Assembly: GCA_964469405.1 (NCBI GenBank)
Contig: CAYXYP010000005.1
Coordinates: 54-64,053 of the forward strand
DNA from: an uncultured Candidatus Saccharibacteria bacterium
GTDB taxonomy: Bacteria; Patescibacteriota; Minisyncoccia; Phycocordibacterales; Phycocordibacteraceae
Direction: 5' to 3'
Length of the DNA: 64,000 nt
Part shown: in pieces, positions 36,637 through 46,556 of the stretch
Layout: the number at the start of each line of letters is the position of its first letter
How positions within the stretch are numbered: the stretch's first letter is position 1
Position numbers and translations under genes: made by a program
Notes under the pieces: model-generated
The model's input: the letters and a program-made list of their open reading frames with translations, nothing else
The model's database searches: none
What the model was told of the DNA's origin: nothing

Positions 36637-38094
36637 ATGTATAAAATTATCACAACATTCTCTCTACTCTCGGTATTTTTCTTCCTTGTGCCACTCCAAG
36701 CGAATGCGGCAGTAACCTACGCAACATGGAGCCCGTCAGATAAAAGTGCCGACACCACTCTAACAGGAGGTGATCTCATTTCTACAAAATCTGGTACTAA
36801 TGCGTGGGTTGGGGTGCGTTCTACAATCTCAAAGACAACAGGGAAATGGTATTGGGAGATAACAATGAGTGCCTTCAATTCTCCTAATACAGCTGGACAT
36901 CTTTTTGGTGTGTCGGATTCAACGTATAACTTTGATGCAAACGCTGCTACGGGGCATTTCTCAGGATTTCAAAATGGTCAGGGTGGTTACTTCGATTGCA
37001 CGACTACGCAAACGTTCGGCTATGGAAACGGTACTGTGAATGATGTGTACGGAATTGCGATGGATGTCGATGGGGGCACGGTTGATGTATACAAAAATAA
37101 TTCTCTCGTGAAAAACTGTACGGCACTCCCTGCCGGGGCGATGTATGCATTTTGGAATGCGTACGTTTCTGGTGATCAAGCCACAACGAACTTTGGCGCG
37201 AGTGTATTTACCTATAGTCCTCCTTCTGGATACAATGCGGGACTTTATAGTGGAACTGTAGCGAGTAGCACTGTAAATAGGCTTTCAAAGTTTACAACGA
37301 CCACTCAAACTCTAGGCGATTCTCTATTCTCCGACGACGGTTCTAATATGACGCTTACTGCAGGGAATCTATTCATGCAGATCGGCTCACTGATTGATAC
37401 GGTCACTGGTGGCACTCTCAACTTCGGTACCACAAACGCAACCTCTATTACTATCGGCAAGTCGGGAGTTACGACAACATTCCCAGGCCCTCTCACTGCC
37501 AACGGTCTTGCTACTTTCGGGAGCAATATAACCGTTCCCGCCACCTTTGGTCTCGATACCTCTGGTGCCGGGGTTCTTAATATCGGTACCACGACTGCAA
37601 CTACTATAAACATTGGAGGTATCCAGGCGATTACAAATATTCTGGGTCTTTTCAAGATCCCTGCGGCGTACAGTATCGATACTGCAACTGCTGGGACTCT
37701 AAACATCGGTACGAGCACGGCCACAAACATTATTATCGGAAAATCAGGAGTAGCCGTGACTGTTCCTGGAACAATTACCTGGGGAAAAGCTTCCACAACG
37801 GCAAATTGCAATTCTTCGGCGTCTCCTGCTGTTTGTAGTGCGGCATCGGCTGGAAGTGTCGCTATGTCGACTGGTGGTTCGACTCTCGTCGTAAACACCA
37901 CTGCTGTTACGGCTAACAGCCAGATATTCGTTACCGAAGATTCGTCCCTCGGCACACGACTTGGCATCACCTGCAACACCACGACTGGCCGTGTGTATAG
38001 CATAAATACCCGAACTGCCGGCAGCTTCACTATTAAATCGAGCGCCAATCCCGCAACAAACAAAGCCTGTTTGAGCTATTGGATTATAAATTAA
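36637..38094 (+). CDS. Secreted SPRY-domain protein with Thr/Gly-rich beta-repeat region and Cys-containing C-terminus
   Basis: 485 aa. Signal peptide MYKIITTFSLLSVFFFLVPLQANA. SPRY/B30.2 hallmarks GKWYWEITM...YGIAMDVDGGTVDVYKNNSL. Repeats TLNIGTTTATTINIGG / TLNIGTSTATNIIIGKSGV resemble those of the giant protein at 1..2386. Confidence 0.6.
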   Translation: MYKIITTFSLLSVFFFLVPLQANAAVTYATWSPSDKSADTTLTGGDLISTKSGTNAWVGVRSTISKTTGKWYWEITMSAFNSPNTAGHLFGVSDSTYNFDANAATGHFSGFQNGQGGYFDCTTTQTFGYGNGTVNDVYGIAMDVDGGTVDVYKNNSLVKNCTALPAGAMYAFWNAYVSGDQATTNFGASVFTYSPPSGYNAGLYSGTVASSTVNRLSKFTTTTQTLGDSLFSDDGSNMTLTAGNLFMQIGSLIDTVTGGTLNFGTTNATSITIGKSGVTTTFPGPLTANGLATFGSNITVPATFGLDTSGAGVLNIGTTTATTINIGGIQAITNILGLFKIPAAYSIDTATAGTLNIGTSTATNIIIGKSGVAVTVPGTITWGKASTTANCNSSASPAVCSAASAGSVAMSTGGSTLVVNTTAVTANSQIFVTEDSSLGTRLGITCNTTTGRVYSINTRTAGSFTIKSSANPATNKACLSYWIIN

Positions 38095-38111
38095 AAACTA
38101 GCTCATTTAAG

Positions 38112-38148
38112 CAAAATCGCCCGATTTCATCGGGCGATTTTGCTTTTC
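38112..38148. terminator. Bidirectional rho-independent terminator between convergent genes
   Basis: aaaatcgcccgat ttc atcgggcgatttt (13-bp stem), then gcttttc. Confidence 0.7.
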
Positions 38149-38158
38149 AAGTTTAGAC

Positions 38159-39469
38159 TTAATTAAGTCGTTGAAAACCTGCGTGCGCAATTGGTCCTTC
38201 AAGGAGATCTTTTGTCTTCCCTTCAACAACCGCTTTGCGCATCAGTGCGAAAACTTCATCGAGCGCTTTAGCGTACTCTTTCACATGCTCATCCGTGTGC
38301 GCATAGGATGCATAAAATTGGGTCGTCGCGAGTATGCCGCGCTTCAACATCTCCTGCACAAAAAGCGTCTTCATCACTGCAGCATCTCCGTCTTTAAATG
38401 AAAAGAAGAGGAGCGGGAGCACCTCACTCGAGGTGGTGGTGAGGTTGTGACGAGTGGACATTGTGTCCCAAATCTCCTTCATCGCGCTCCCAATCCGCTG
38501 TAAGTGCTCGGGTAAATTTATTTTCTGCATCTTCACTATTGTCGCGAGCGCTGCAGTGGGCCCTATCGCCTCAGTCCAGAACGTACTTGATATGAACGTA
38601 TCCTGCGCCGCCTGCATCACGTCACGCTTGCCGATAATGGCCGTCATGGCGTAGCCGTTACTCATCCCTTTGCCGAAGATTGCAAGGTCCGGCTCAATCC
38701 CAAGCACCAAATGCGAGCCGCCAATAGCAAGCCGAAAACCGATCGTAATTTCATCAAATACCAGTACCGCACCGGCGCGCGTTGCGATCTCACGAACTTT
38801 CTCCAAGAACCCATCTCTGGGGTACTCGCCATGCATGGGCTCCATAAAGATGGCGGCAAGATTTGGATTCTTTGCCACAATGGCTTCAAGCTCCTCTATC
38901 TTATTGTAGTGAAACGGAAGCATTGTACCTGCCAGACCTTTTGGAACGCCTTTAGGTTCCAGACCTGCAAGTAAATGGTCGGCAAGTGCATCCTTCGTCC
39001 CTAAATTGGTCGCGAGGTACCAGTCCGCCCAGCCGTGATACCCGCAGAACGCTATGGTCTCACGTCTGGTGTACGCGCGCACGATACGCGCCGCGATAGC
39101 CATCGATTCGCCTCCCGTGCGAGCATAGCGCACCATGTCCGCCCATGGATGTAACTTCAAAAGGAGTTCGGCAAGCTCCACTTCTTGCGGAGCATTGAGT
39201 GTGGACATTGAGCCACGATTCACCGCATCGATGACCGCTGCATTAACGTCTTTGTCAGCATACCCGAGCATGCAGCTACCAATACCCATATTGAGCATAT
39301 CGAGATATTTGTTGCCGTCCAGGTCCCACACATAGGCCCCTTCTGCATGCGAGTAGTACGCCGGCCACTGCCCCGGGGCAAAAAATTCTGCGCGTTTGGA
39401 GAGCAGCTGATTACCGCCTGGTATGAGTGTCTTTGCTTTTTCCCAGAGTTTTTGGCCTTTCCCTTTCAT
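38159..39469 (-). CDS. Class III PLP aminotransferase (glutamate-1-semialdehyde aminomutase-like)
   Basis: 436 aa. YSHAEGAYVWDLDGNKYLD...FDEITIGFR... with Lys in GKGMSNG. Confidence 0.8.
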   Translation of the reverse strand: MKGKGQKLWEKAKTLIPGGNQLLSKRAEFFAPGQWPAYYSHAEGAYVWDLDGNKYLDMLNMGIGSCMLGYADKDVNAAVIDAVNRGSMSTLNAPQEVELAELLLKLHPWADMVRYARTGGESMAIAARIVRAYTRRETIAFCGYHGWADWYLATNLGTKDALADHLLAGLEPKGVPKGLAGTMLPFHYNKIEELEAIVAKNPNLAAIFMEPMHGEYPRDGFLEKVREIATRAGAVLVFDEITIGFRLAIGGSHLVLGIEPDLAIFGKGMSNGYAMTAIIGKRDVMQAAQDTFISSTFWTEAIGPTAALATIVKMQKINLPEHLQRIGSAMKEIWDTMSTRHNLTTTSSEVLPLLFFSFKDGDAAVMKTLFVQEMLKRGILATTQFYASYAHTDEHVKEYAKALDEVFALMRKAVVEGKTKDLLEGPIAHAGFQRLN

Positions 39470-39518
39470 AGATTATGGTATCCAGTATAACAGTCGAACT
39501 TTATTGAAAGTAGCGCTC

Positions 39519-39555
39519 TAAAGAAAATGACCACCTCGTGTACGAGGTGGTCATT
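39519..39555. terminator. Rho-independent terminator for the minus-strand gene 39579..40601
   Basis: aatgaccacctcg tgta cgaggtggtcatt (13-bp stem). The minus strand reads the hairpin followed by ttttcttt. Confidence 0.65.
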
Positions 39556-39578
39556 GTGCTATGTAGAACAATTTCGCT

Positions 39579-40601
39579 CTACTTAGAACGAGCGAGTGCC
39601 AGCACGGCGCGTGCCGCAATAGAGGGGTCGAATGGCTTAATCACGTAAACTGGCTGTGTCACCGCAAAGTAACGATCGAGCGATTGTGACTCCGTTAGAA
39701 CCGGAAATCGTCCATCCCGTATAAGCGGCGTCTCATCCAACTGCGTACTTTTCTTAAAGATCTCGCGACTCACTTCGTCCAAGAGAGTAAGTGCAAGTTT
39801 CCCCGCGCACGCCGCTCGTATCAACGTGGTACTAAAAGAGCTTGCCACACCGTCTGCTGCCTCAATGACCTCATCAGTCGAGTCGACAAAATCAACAACT
39901 CTATGACACGCACGCAATGGTCCTAATTGTGAGTGACACCACTGATCCCACGTTCCTCCTAAAGGACACACCAAGGTCTTGAACGCGGGATGGAACTTTG
40001 GCACTACCGTCACGTGTGTATTGGTGCGCAGAACAGACTCCACAAATAACGGAAGTGCTCGTTCACACATAGGGCCACCGTCTGGATACACCAACACTTT
40101 CCCACCCGTTCGTTGCCGTATAGCATCGAACGATGATATAAGCCCTGGCGACGGAGTGACAAGCGAGACACCAACTAGACCCGCTACAACAATCGGCACC
40201 CGCGGATGAATTTTCTTCAGTAATCGCTCGGAAAATTCATCGATGGTGATATAGAGACCCGGTTCATCACTCCCACGAGTATGTACAGCCCAGTAGTCCT
40301 CAAGATGAACTAATGGCGTCCCCGACTCTTTCGCCATCCGGTCAAGAATGGTTTCTAGAAATCGTAGTGCCGAAAATCCTGTCATGATGATATCCGGCCA
40401 ATGTCGCACGACATGAGCACGAAGCGACACTTCAGTATCGACAACGCTAAATGGTACTTCCAGATGATTCTTCGCCTCTCCGCTGTCCTCAGCGAGAAGC
40501 GTAACTGTATGACCCAATCGTTCCAACTCTTGCAGAAGAGGCACGATCATATTCGCTAATCCAATATCGCACACGAGTGCGAGTACTGATACTTTTCTCA
40601 C
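39579..40601 (-). CDS. Hypothetical protein, possibly GT-B/PseG-MurG-like fold
   Basis: 340 aa, no strong motif recognised. Context is the nonulosonic-acid cluster. Confidence 0.35.
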   Translation of the reverse strand: MRKVSVLALVCDIGLANMIVPLLQELERLGHTVTLLAEDSGEAKNHLEVPFSVVDTEVSLRAHVVRHWPDIIMTGFSALRFLETILDRMAKESGTPLVHLEDYWAVHTRGSDEPGLYITIDEFSERLLKKIHPRVPIVVAGLVGVSLVTPSPGLISSFDAIRQRTGGKVLVYPDGGPMCERALPLFVESVLRTNTHVTVVPKFHPAFKTLVCPLGGTWDQWCHSQLGPLRACHRVVDFVDSTDEVIEAADGVASSFSTTLIRAACAGKLALTLLDEVSREIFKKSTQLDETPLIRDGRFPVLTESQSLDRYFAVTQPVYVIKPFDPSIAARAVLALARSK

Positions 40602-40695
40602 CTCGTACTCCTTTCATAAAAGATTCAAGCAACAAACGGTATATACCGCGTCTGGGTAGATTAGAACATATTATTTAAAGAAAAGCAAAGACTCC

Positions 40696-41466
40696 TTACA
40701 AAGATTTCTTAGATCCCCCATCGAAAGGGATGAGTGCCCCATTCACACCTGAAGATTCTTCGGACGCGAGATACGCTACAAAATTCCCGAGCTCTATCGG
40801 GTCCATAAAGCGCCCGAGTGGTAAAGTTGCCTCGATACGTTTTTGTATCATTTCCACGCTTGTATTTTCTCGTGCTGCTGTATCAGCCATAAGTTCTTCG
40901 GTTCTCGTAGTAAGAAAACCTCCAGGCATGACGCTGTTCACAGTCACACCCTCTCGAGATACTTCACCAGCAGTCAACTTCGCATACGATGCCAAAGCGG
41001 CGCGGAGCACACTCGACACCGCAAGCGCTGGAGACGGTTCTACTGCCGTCGTCGACAAAATATTAATAATCCTTCCCCACTGACGCGCCCGCATACCTGG
41101 CAATACCATCGCATAAAGACGCACGGTGGAACGGAACAGTAAATCTAACCCCTCTTCCCATTCAGATTCTGAAAGTTGGATTACTGTCTTTGGTGGCGGA
41201 CCACCGACGTTATTAATGAGAATGTCGATTGTTACGTTGTCTTTGCTGAGTCGTTCCTGCAGATTCTGGATATCATCTTTTTTAGACAAGTCGCATACCT
41301 GCGTAATAACTTCTACCTTGGACACGGATCGTACTTCTTGTGCTACCTCCTCAAGACCATCACTATTTCTTGCACACATCACGACCCGATGACCAGCAAT
41401 CGCAAGTGCTTTGGCACATCCAAGTCCCAATCCCTTGCTGGCTCCTCCAATAAATGCAGTTCGCAT
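40696..41466 (-). CDS. SDR-family oxidoreductase (FabG-like)
   Basis: 256 aa. AFIGGASKGLG, NNVGG, YxxxK. Confidence 0.85.
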   Translation of the reverse strand: MRTAFIGGASKGLGLGCAKALAIAGHRVVMCARNSDGLEEVAQEVRSVSKVEVITQVCDLSKKDDIQNLQERLSKDNVTIDILINNVGGPPPKTVIQLSESEWEEGLDLLFRSTVRLYAMVLPGMRARQWGRIINILSTTAVEPSPALAVSSVLRAALASYAKLTAGEVSREGVTVNSVMPGGFLTTRTEELMADTAARENTSVEMIQKRIEATLPLGRFMDPIELGNFVAYLASEESSGVNGALIPFDGGSKKSL

Positions 41467-41475
41467 AGTACAAGT

Positions 41476-42429
41476 CTATCCTACATCCTCGTCTGGTAGA
41501 TAGTCCTTTTTTGCAGGAGTTCCGACTACCTGTGCTACATCCCACGATGCCAATCCTGTACCCGGACGTTTGAACGCTATTGCCTCCGTAGTAATAGGTT
41601 CTCCTTTTTTAAGCGCTGTTGCGGCAACAATGGACCGTCGGATGGAAATTCGTCTCACTTGTTCTTCTGTACTCAACGTCCGCTCTGTAGTTCCCATCAT
41701 GACTTTCACTTGAGCAAGTTTCTCAAGTAGTGTTCCAACATCCCGGCACAACACGGCATGTGGCCCGTCAGGTAATAACGGCGACATTTCTTCTGCCACG
41801 TAGACAAATACTGTCTCGGCACCTGCGGCGATTGCCAGAGGAAGCGCTTCGTGCGCATCAGAATGCTGCCCGTAGGCGACGGGAATATTATATTTCCCAA
41901 TCAAAAACGGAATATTATTCAAATTAAGCATCATTATAGGAGTCGGTATTTTGAGTACGGTATGAATGAGACGAACATCTGCCCTTGGTTCAGCAGCGCG
42001 GATAAGACCTAGCGCCCGAGTAATATCCTCAAGCGTCCCGAGACCAGTCGACAGATAGCACGGTAGGCCAGTACGCGCGACAGCGATATGTAATTGCGTG
42101 TAGGTCAAATCGCTACTCAATACTTTAAAGAAGCTTGCCCCAGCCGCTACAAAAGACTCTACATATTCAGAATTCAGCACCGCAACCCCCATAAAGACTC
42201 CAACACTTTCCCCATATTCTATAACTGCGATGACATCTTTGAGACTGAGACAATTGGGTTGTACTGCTTTGATAGCAGCAACATCACGAGTCGTGGTCGC
42301 CACATCTACTGCCGCCTGGATGGTGATATGCGTCGCCCCCTGTGCACGAAGCGTATCCACCATACGAATGGCGCGTCCGACATCTCCCATATGATTAAGC
42401 CCTAATTCGAAAACGGCCTCTGGCTTCAT
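41476..42429 (-). CDS. Second, divergent NeuB-family nonulosonic acid synthase-like protein with SAF domain
   Basis: 317 aa. ELGLNHMGD in place of EAGVNHNGD. The K-F-Q motif is altered (ITIQAA). Confidence 0.6.
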   Translation of the reverse strand: MKPEAVFELGLNHMGDVGRAIRMVDTLRAQGATHITIQAAVDVATTTRDVAAIKAVQPNCLSLKDVIAVIEYGESVGVFMGVAVLNSEYVESFVAAGASFFKVLSSDLTYTQLHIAVARTGLPCYLSTGLGTLEDITRALGLIRAAEPRADVRLIHTVLKIPTPIMMLNLNNIPFLIGKYNIPVAYGQHSDAHEALPLAIAAGAETVFVYVAEEMSPLLPDGPHAVLCRDVGTLLEKLAQVKVMMGTTERTLSTEEQVRRISIRRSIVAATALKKGEPITTEAIAFKRPGTGLASWDVAQVVGTPAKKDYLPDEDVG

Positions 42430-44372
42430 TTCTGCATACTACCACTCCCGATATTTTCCGGTCGTTTGTGATCTGCAAACGTTCGAATGAGTTCGGCAAT
42501 ACGGTCGCTTGAATGCCCATCAAACGCATACTCTCGTTCCAAGAAAGCCGCCCCTTGCGCCGCAAGTTTTGCGCGGGCATCGGAATTCGTCGCCAATTCT
42601 TTCGCTATAGTAGAAAAATCCTCTTTGGTCGTCGCCAATCGTATGGCCTGACTCTCAACATAGGGTGCAAAATGGTGCAATCCCATAAAGCTTTCCGTCG
42701 GATCCACCGCAAGAAGTATCACGGGCTTATGGCACTGCATCGCTTCCACAACGACCGTCGAGTAACAAGAGATAACAACGTCTGTCTCGGCAAAGAGCTG
42801 GTGAAGCGATTTTGTCTGAACAATTCTGTATGGAACGTCGGAAAAAATATTCGCTATAAGCTGGCGTGAAAAAGAATCTCTCCTGGTAGTTCCCGGACGA
42901 AATTTTATAATGACCTCGACATTCGGAATGTTCTTTAGCGCAGATGCAATCGTGGAGAAAAATTCTTCATACGCGTAAGAGTCAGTGACTTCCCCCGTAG
43001 GATCATTTGAGGGTGCGATACATAAAAAAGATACCTTTTCGCGCGGAGGTTCAGAAACATTTTCAGACGCATCCTGAGCCGCCGCATACACATCAAAACG
43101 TGGCGATCCAACCACAATTGGTGTACAGCGAATGCCAACCGCCGCTTTCATTTCCTCCATCTCTCGTTGTGTGAGCGTCCCATATACCCCCACGTACTCT
43201 GTACTGTACCGGCGAGTGTACGATCCCGGTCCGTGATACAGCAGACCGTGTTGGGCTTCCAGAGATGGAACACCGAGGTTCCGTGCTACCTGAGCCAGGA
43301 TGATGAAGTGGGTCTGGAGGCTGCTCGTAGCGCGCAAAAGGATAGCGTGCGGGTCGATACGCTCAAACATAGCGTACGCATCATCGATATCCTTAAGTCT
43401 TTTGGTAAGGACCTCTTTCAGTATGAGCTCGATCGCACGCGAAATAAGCGCTCTCATAGATATGCTACGAAATTCAAATGGTGGTAGCCCACTTCCCTTT
43501 CCCAAAGATTCAAGTTCTTTGGCGATACGCTCATGTGTCCTCACATATTCAGAAGAAGCTTTCGACGGAAATGCATCGATGTGCAAGAAACGCATACGAA
43601 ACTTCCAAATGTTGGCGAATCCAGCTTTAAATGCTTCTTTTCTGTCAATCAAGGCAATCTCAAAAGAGTCGAGCTTATGCACATATGGTTCGATATTTTT
43701 CCAGTAGTCACTTATGATCACACGAATGCGCCGTGGGCGACGAAAAATTGTAACAAGTGTGTTGAGTATTCCTATACCCATACCAAAAAGAGTGCGCTTC
43801 AATGTAAATGCCCACATTGATGTTACTTGTGTGACCGGAGGCGCGGGGACTACGACTGCCTCCCGACCACTCTCTTTTGCAATACACTCTACTGCTCCTA
43901 CAATCGCCCGAATCGTCATTCCAGACAACACTCCACCGAGAGGCGGATCCCCACTCAGTGGAGAAAAAACAATGAGACGTGCCACTTTGGGATGTGCAGC
44001 CAATACATTGGTTATGGTTTCAGCATAATAAATCACGTGACTGATGTACCACTGCAACGTCAAAAAATAGACTTTCGATAAAGACACCCCGCGATAGGTA
44101 AAAAATGACAGCCAGTGTTTACTTTCAAATACCGAGGCAACCCACTCTTCTGATAGTGTCATGGAGGCGGCATCCCGTGTGCGGTATGCGCTCCCAGAGA
44201 GAAAGGGTATATTTTTTCCTTTAAGAGCGTACTCGACCTCAAGATCCAGAGGGATCAATACGAATCCTTCTTCAAGGATCGAAGTGTGTTCTTTAAGAAA
44301 CGCATCGAGCATATCGATGTGTTTCAATTCAGTAAGGAATACGATGTTCCGCTCGTTTTGTTTTTGCAACAT
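42426..44372 (-). CDS. Large GT-B-like protein (TagF/capsule-polysaccharide-biosynthesis-like C-terminal half); candidate ulosonic-acid transferase
   Basis: 648 aa. The C-terminal VVISCYSTVVVEAMQCHKPVILL resembles the TagF/Capsule_synth catalytic region. The size is similar to Maf-type nonulosonic-acid transferases. Assignment is tentative. Confidence 0.4.
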   Translation of the reverse strand: MLQKQNERNIVFLTELKHIDMLDAFLKEHTSILEEGFVLIPLDLEVEYALKGKNIPFLSGSAYRTRDAASMTLSEEWVASVFESKHWLSFFTYRGVSLSKVYFLTLQWYISHVIYYAETITNVLAAHPKVARLIVFSPLSGDPPLGGVLSGMTIRAIVGAVECIAKESGREAVVVPAPPVTQVTSMWAFTLKRTLFGMGIGILNTLVTIFRRPRRIRVIISDYWKNIEPYVHKLDSFEIALIDRKEAFKAGFANIWKFRMRFLHIDAFPSKASSEYVRTHERIAKELESLGKGSGLPPFEFRSISMRALISRAIELILKEVLTKRLKDIDDAYAMFERIDPHAILLRATSSLQTHFIILAQVARNLGVPSLEAQHGLLYHGPGSYTRRYSTEYVGVYGTLTQREMEEMKAAVGIRCTPIVVGSPRFDVYAAAQDASENVSEPPREKVSFLCIAPSNDPTGEVTDSYAYEEFFSTIASALKNIPNVEVIIKFRPGTTRRDSFSRQLIANIFSDVPYRIVQTKSLHQLFAETDVVISCYSTVVVEAMQCHKPVILLAVDPTESFMGLHHFAPYVESQAIRLATTKEDFSTIAKELATNSDARAKLAAQGAAFLEREYAFDGHSSDRIAELIRTFADHKRPENIGSGSMQK

Positions 44373-44417
44373 GAATGATATGTATATGGGATAACGCGCA
44401 GAGCTAGAAAGAAGTTT

Positions 44418-45299
44418 CTAGCGCATCGGAACATGCCCGACAGTATGCTCAAGCAAACTTCGCAATACGCGATCCAGCCACAACACCAACCACATAAAAG
44501 GTGCGCTGACAGGATAATTCTTTCTAAAATAGGCGTACTGGCTTTTATAATATTTCCGCTCGCGAGATACGTGATTCATCTTATTGAACGATACTGATTT
44601 TATGTGCGTCACATTCGCATCGGGAACTAGATATATTTTGTATCCACGATTGTAGATACGTCGGCACAAATCGACGTCAATAAAAATATGGAAATCGGGA
44701 TCTAAGATACGGGAACCAAGCGCCTCGCGTCGCAATATAAGGCATGCTGTCGGTGGCTGTTCTAATTCAAAAACGCGAGTCGTATCGAGATCACAGTAGT
44801 GATACGACTTATAAAACCTCAGTCCGAGAAAATATTTATCTATAAATCGCCCCGGCACCGTCATAAAGAAACCCTGTATCGGTGTAAGGAGACGACGATG
44901 ATAGTTTTGTATAGAGCCATTAACATTATGGAGGTTTGCGGTCGCTGCACCCGCACTCGGATTCGTTTGCATGAAATGCACCAATGCCTCTAACGCCCCA
45001 GCCCACAATCGAGCATCAGTATCTAAAGTCATCAGGTACGTACCGTGCATTCGATCCAGAGCAATATTGAGCGCAGAAAAGCCAATATTCTTTTCGTTCT
45101 GAACGAATAAGAAACGTGGATCATTTTTGTACTTTTCATCTACACGAGCAAAGCCCCCATCGGTAGAAGCATCATCAAGAACCATCACATCGAATGCGAC
45201 GTCTCCAGCATGTTGCACAATAGACGCTAACGCATCATTTAATAAGTCGGAGGAATTGTAATTCGAGACGATGATGGACACATCAGGAACGCTTTTCAT
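44418..45299 (-). CDS. GT2-family glycosyltransferase
   Basis: 293 aa. VSIIVSNYNSSDLL...LDDASTDGG...DTDARL. Confidence 0.85.
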   Translation of the reverse strand: MKSVPDVSIIVSNYNSSDLLNDALASIVQHAGDVAFDVMVLDDASTDGGFARVDEKYKNDPRFLFVQNEKNIGFSALNIALDRMHGTYLMTLDTDARLWAGALEALVHFMQTNPSAGAATANLHNVNGSIQNYHRRLLTPIQGFFMTVPGRFIDKYFLGLRFYKSYHYCDLDTTRVFELEQPPTACLILRREALGSRILDPDFHIFIDVDLCRRIYNRGYKIYLVPDANVTHIKSVSFNKMNHVSRERKYYKSQYAYFRKNYPVSAPFMWLVLWLDRVLRSLLEHTVGHVPMR

Positions 45300-45308
45300 G
45301 TTGATAGA

Positions 45309-45851
45309 TTATTTTTCGTTGTAGTAATCGCCGTATTCCACTAAAATAGTGCTTTTACCATCTTCACGTTCTAATGCCTTCTTGTACGCAGGAAAAATAT
45401 CTTCTGATTCTTCAAGACGAATGACTTCCACGTTTTGACACATTAGCTGGAACGCCTCGGTGTAATCGCCAATATGTTGAAACTGAGGATGCATCGGTCT
45501 TATCGACCCAATACCTGTGCGAATGATGACTTTTGGTTGATACCCTCCGTTTGATATGACTGACATTTTATCTAAATGATTCACTAATTGATTCACGGCG
45601 AGCAAAAGAAAGTTCCACCTTGGATAAAAACTTACGGGAATGTGGCCAGCAAGGGCAAGGCCGATAGACATACCCATCTGCATGTCTTCGGCAACTGGAA
45701 GCTCGAGAAGCTTCTCTTTGGACACATTTTTGACCGTATTTGTCATCGCGGTGCCGGGACACGCGACCGCCTGTCCGATGAAATAGGTACGCTCATCCGC
45801 AGCAAGCATATCCATTGCGCGAGTAAGCTCATCGAAGTATTTCATACGCAT
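45309..45851 (-). CDS. Transketolase-family protein, C-terminal subunit
   Basis: 180 aa. Pyrimidine-binding/C-terminal transketolase-like. Overlaps the N-terminal-subunit gene by 1 nt. Confidence 0.65.
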   Translation of the reverse strand: MRMKYFDELTRAMDMLAADERTYFIGQAVACPGTAMTNTVKNVSKEKLLELPVAEDMQMGMSIGLALAGHIPVSFYPRWNFLLLAVNQLVNHLDKMSVISNGGYQPKVIIRTGIGSIRPMHPQFQHIGDYTEAFQLMCQNVEVIRLEESEDIFPAYKKALEREDGKSTILVEYGDYYNEK

Positions 45852-46492
45852 TAGAATTGAACCCTCACCCCTGCCCCTGCGTGAGGATATTTGGTCTCAT
45901 ACTTGTAGTACACCACAAGAGGATGCTTCCCATCTTCGTAGGTAAGTACATCCTGCTTCCACGCATCGCGCGTATTGGTCATCACTGACTTGCCATTATC
46001 TTCGATAATAAAACGGATGGGGAGCTTATGGTTCGTCGCGTACTTAATACATTCGTGCGCGATACCCGTCTCCGATGTCATATCTCCCATGAAGCAATGT
46101 ACACGATTTTTTCCGCCGCTTCGTTTGATACTCATCGCGACACCAACAGCAATAGGAAGTATGCCGCCGACAATCGCGGAAGAAACTATTTTTTGTTCGG
46201 GGAAACAGAGCGATATCGACCGATTAGCGATAATTTCCTCGCGCAACTTTTTCGGTGGTACACCTTTTAAAAGACATTGGTAATGACTTCGCCAAGAGCA
46301 CATAACCCAATCATCCTGATGTACATCGTGGAATACCTCGATGATTTTCTCTTCATTCCCATAGTAGAGATGCACAGGCGATTTTATTTTCGCTGCATTA
46401 AATAACTCGGCAATCTGTTCCTCAAACGCAACTAATTCCTGAGGAGTCCATACTTTTTTGACTTCCGCCGACATAGGTAAAGATACTATCAC
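45851..46492 (-). CDS. Transketolase-family protein, N-terminal (TPP-binding) subunit
   Basis: 213 aa. GDMTSETG TPP-binding-like motif. Confidence 0.65.
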   Translation of the reverse strand: MIVSLPMSAEVKKVWTPQELVAFEEQIAELFNAAKIKSPVHLYYGNEEKIIEVFHDVHQDDWVMCSWRSHYQCLLKGVPPKKLREEIIANRSISLCFPEQKIVSSAIVGGILPIAVGVAMSIKRSGGKNRVHCFMGDMTSETGIAHECIKYATNHKLPIRFIIEDNGKSVMTNTRDAWKQDVLTYEDGKHPLVVYYKYETKYPHAGAGVRVQF

Positions 46493-46556
46493 GATTTACA
46501 TAAGTAAGAAGCCGTAGGTACTTACTTACCCGCCTCAATTTCATGAATGCAGGAAG

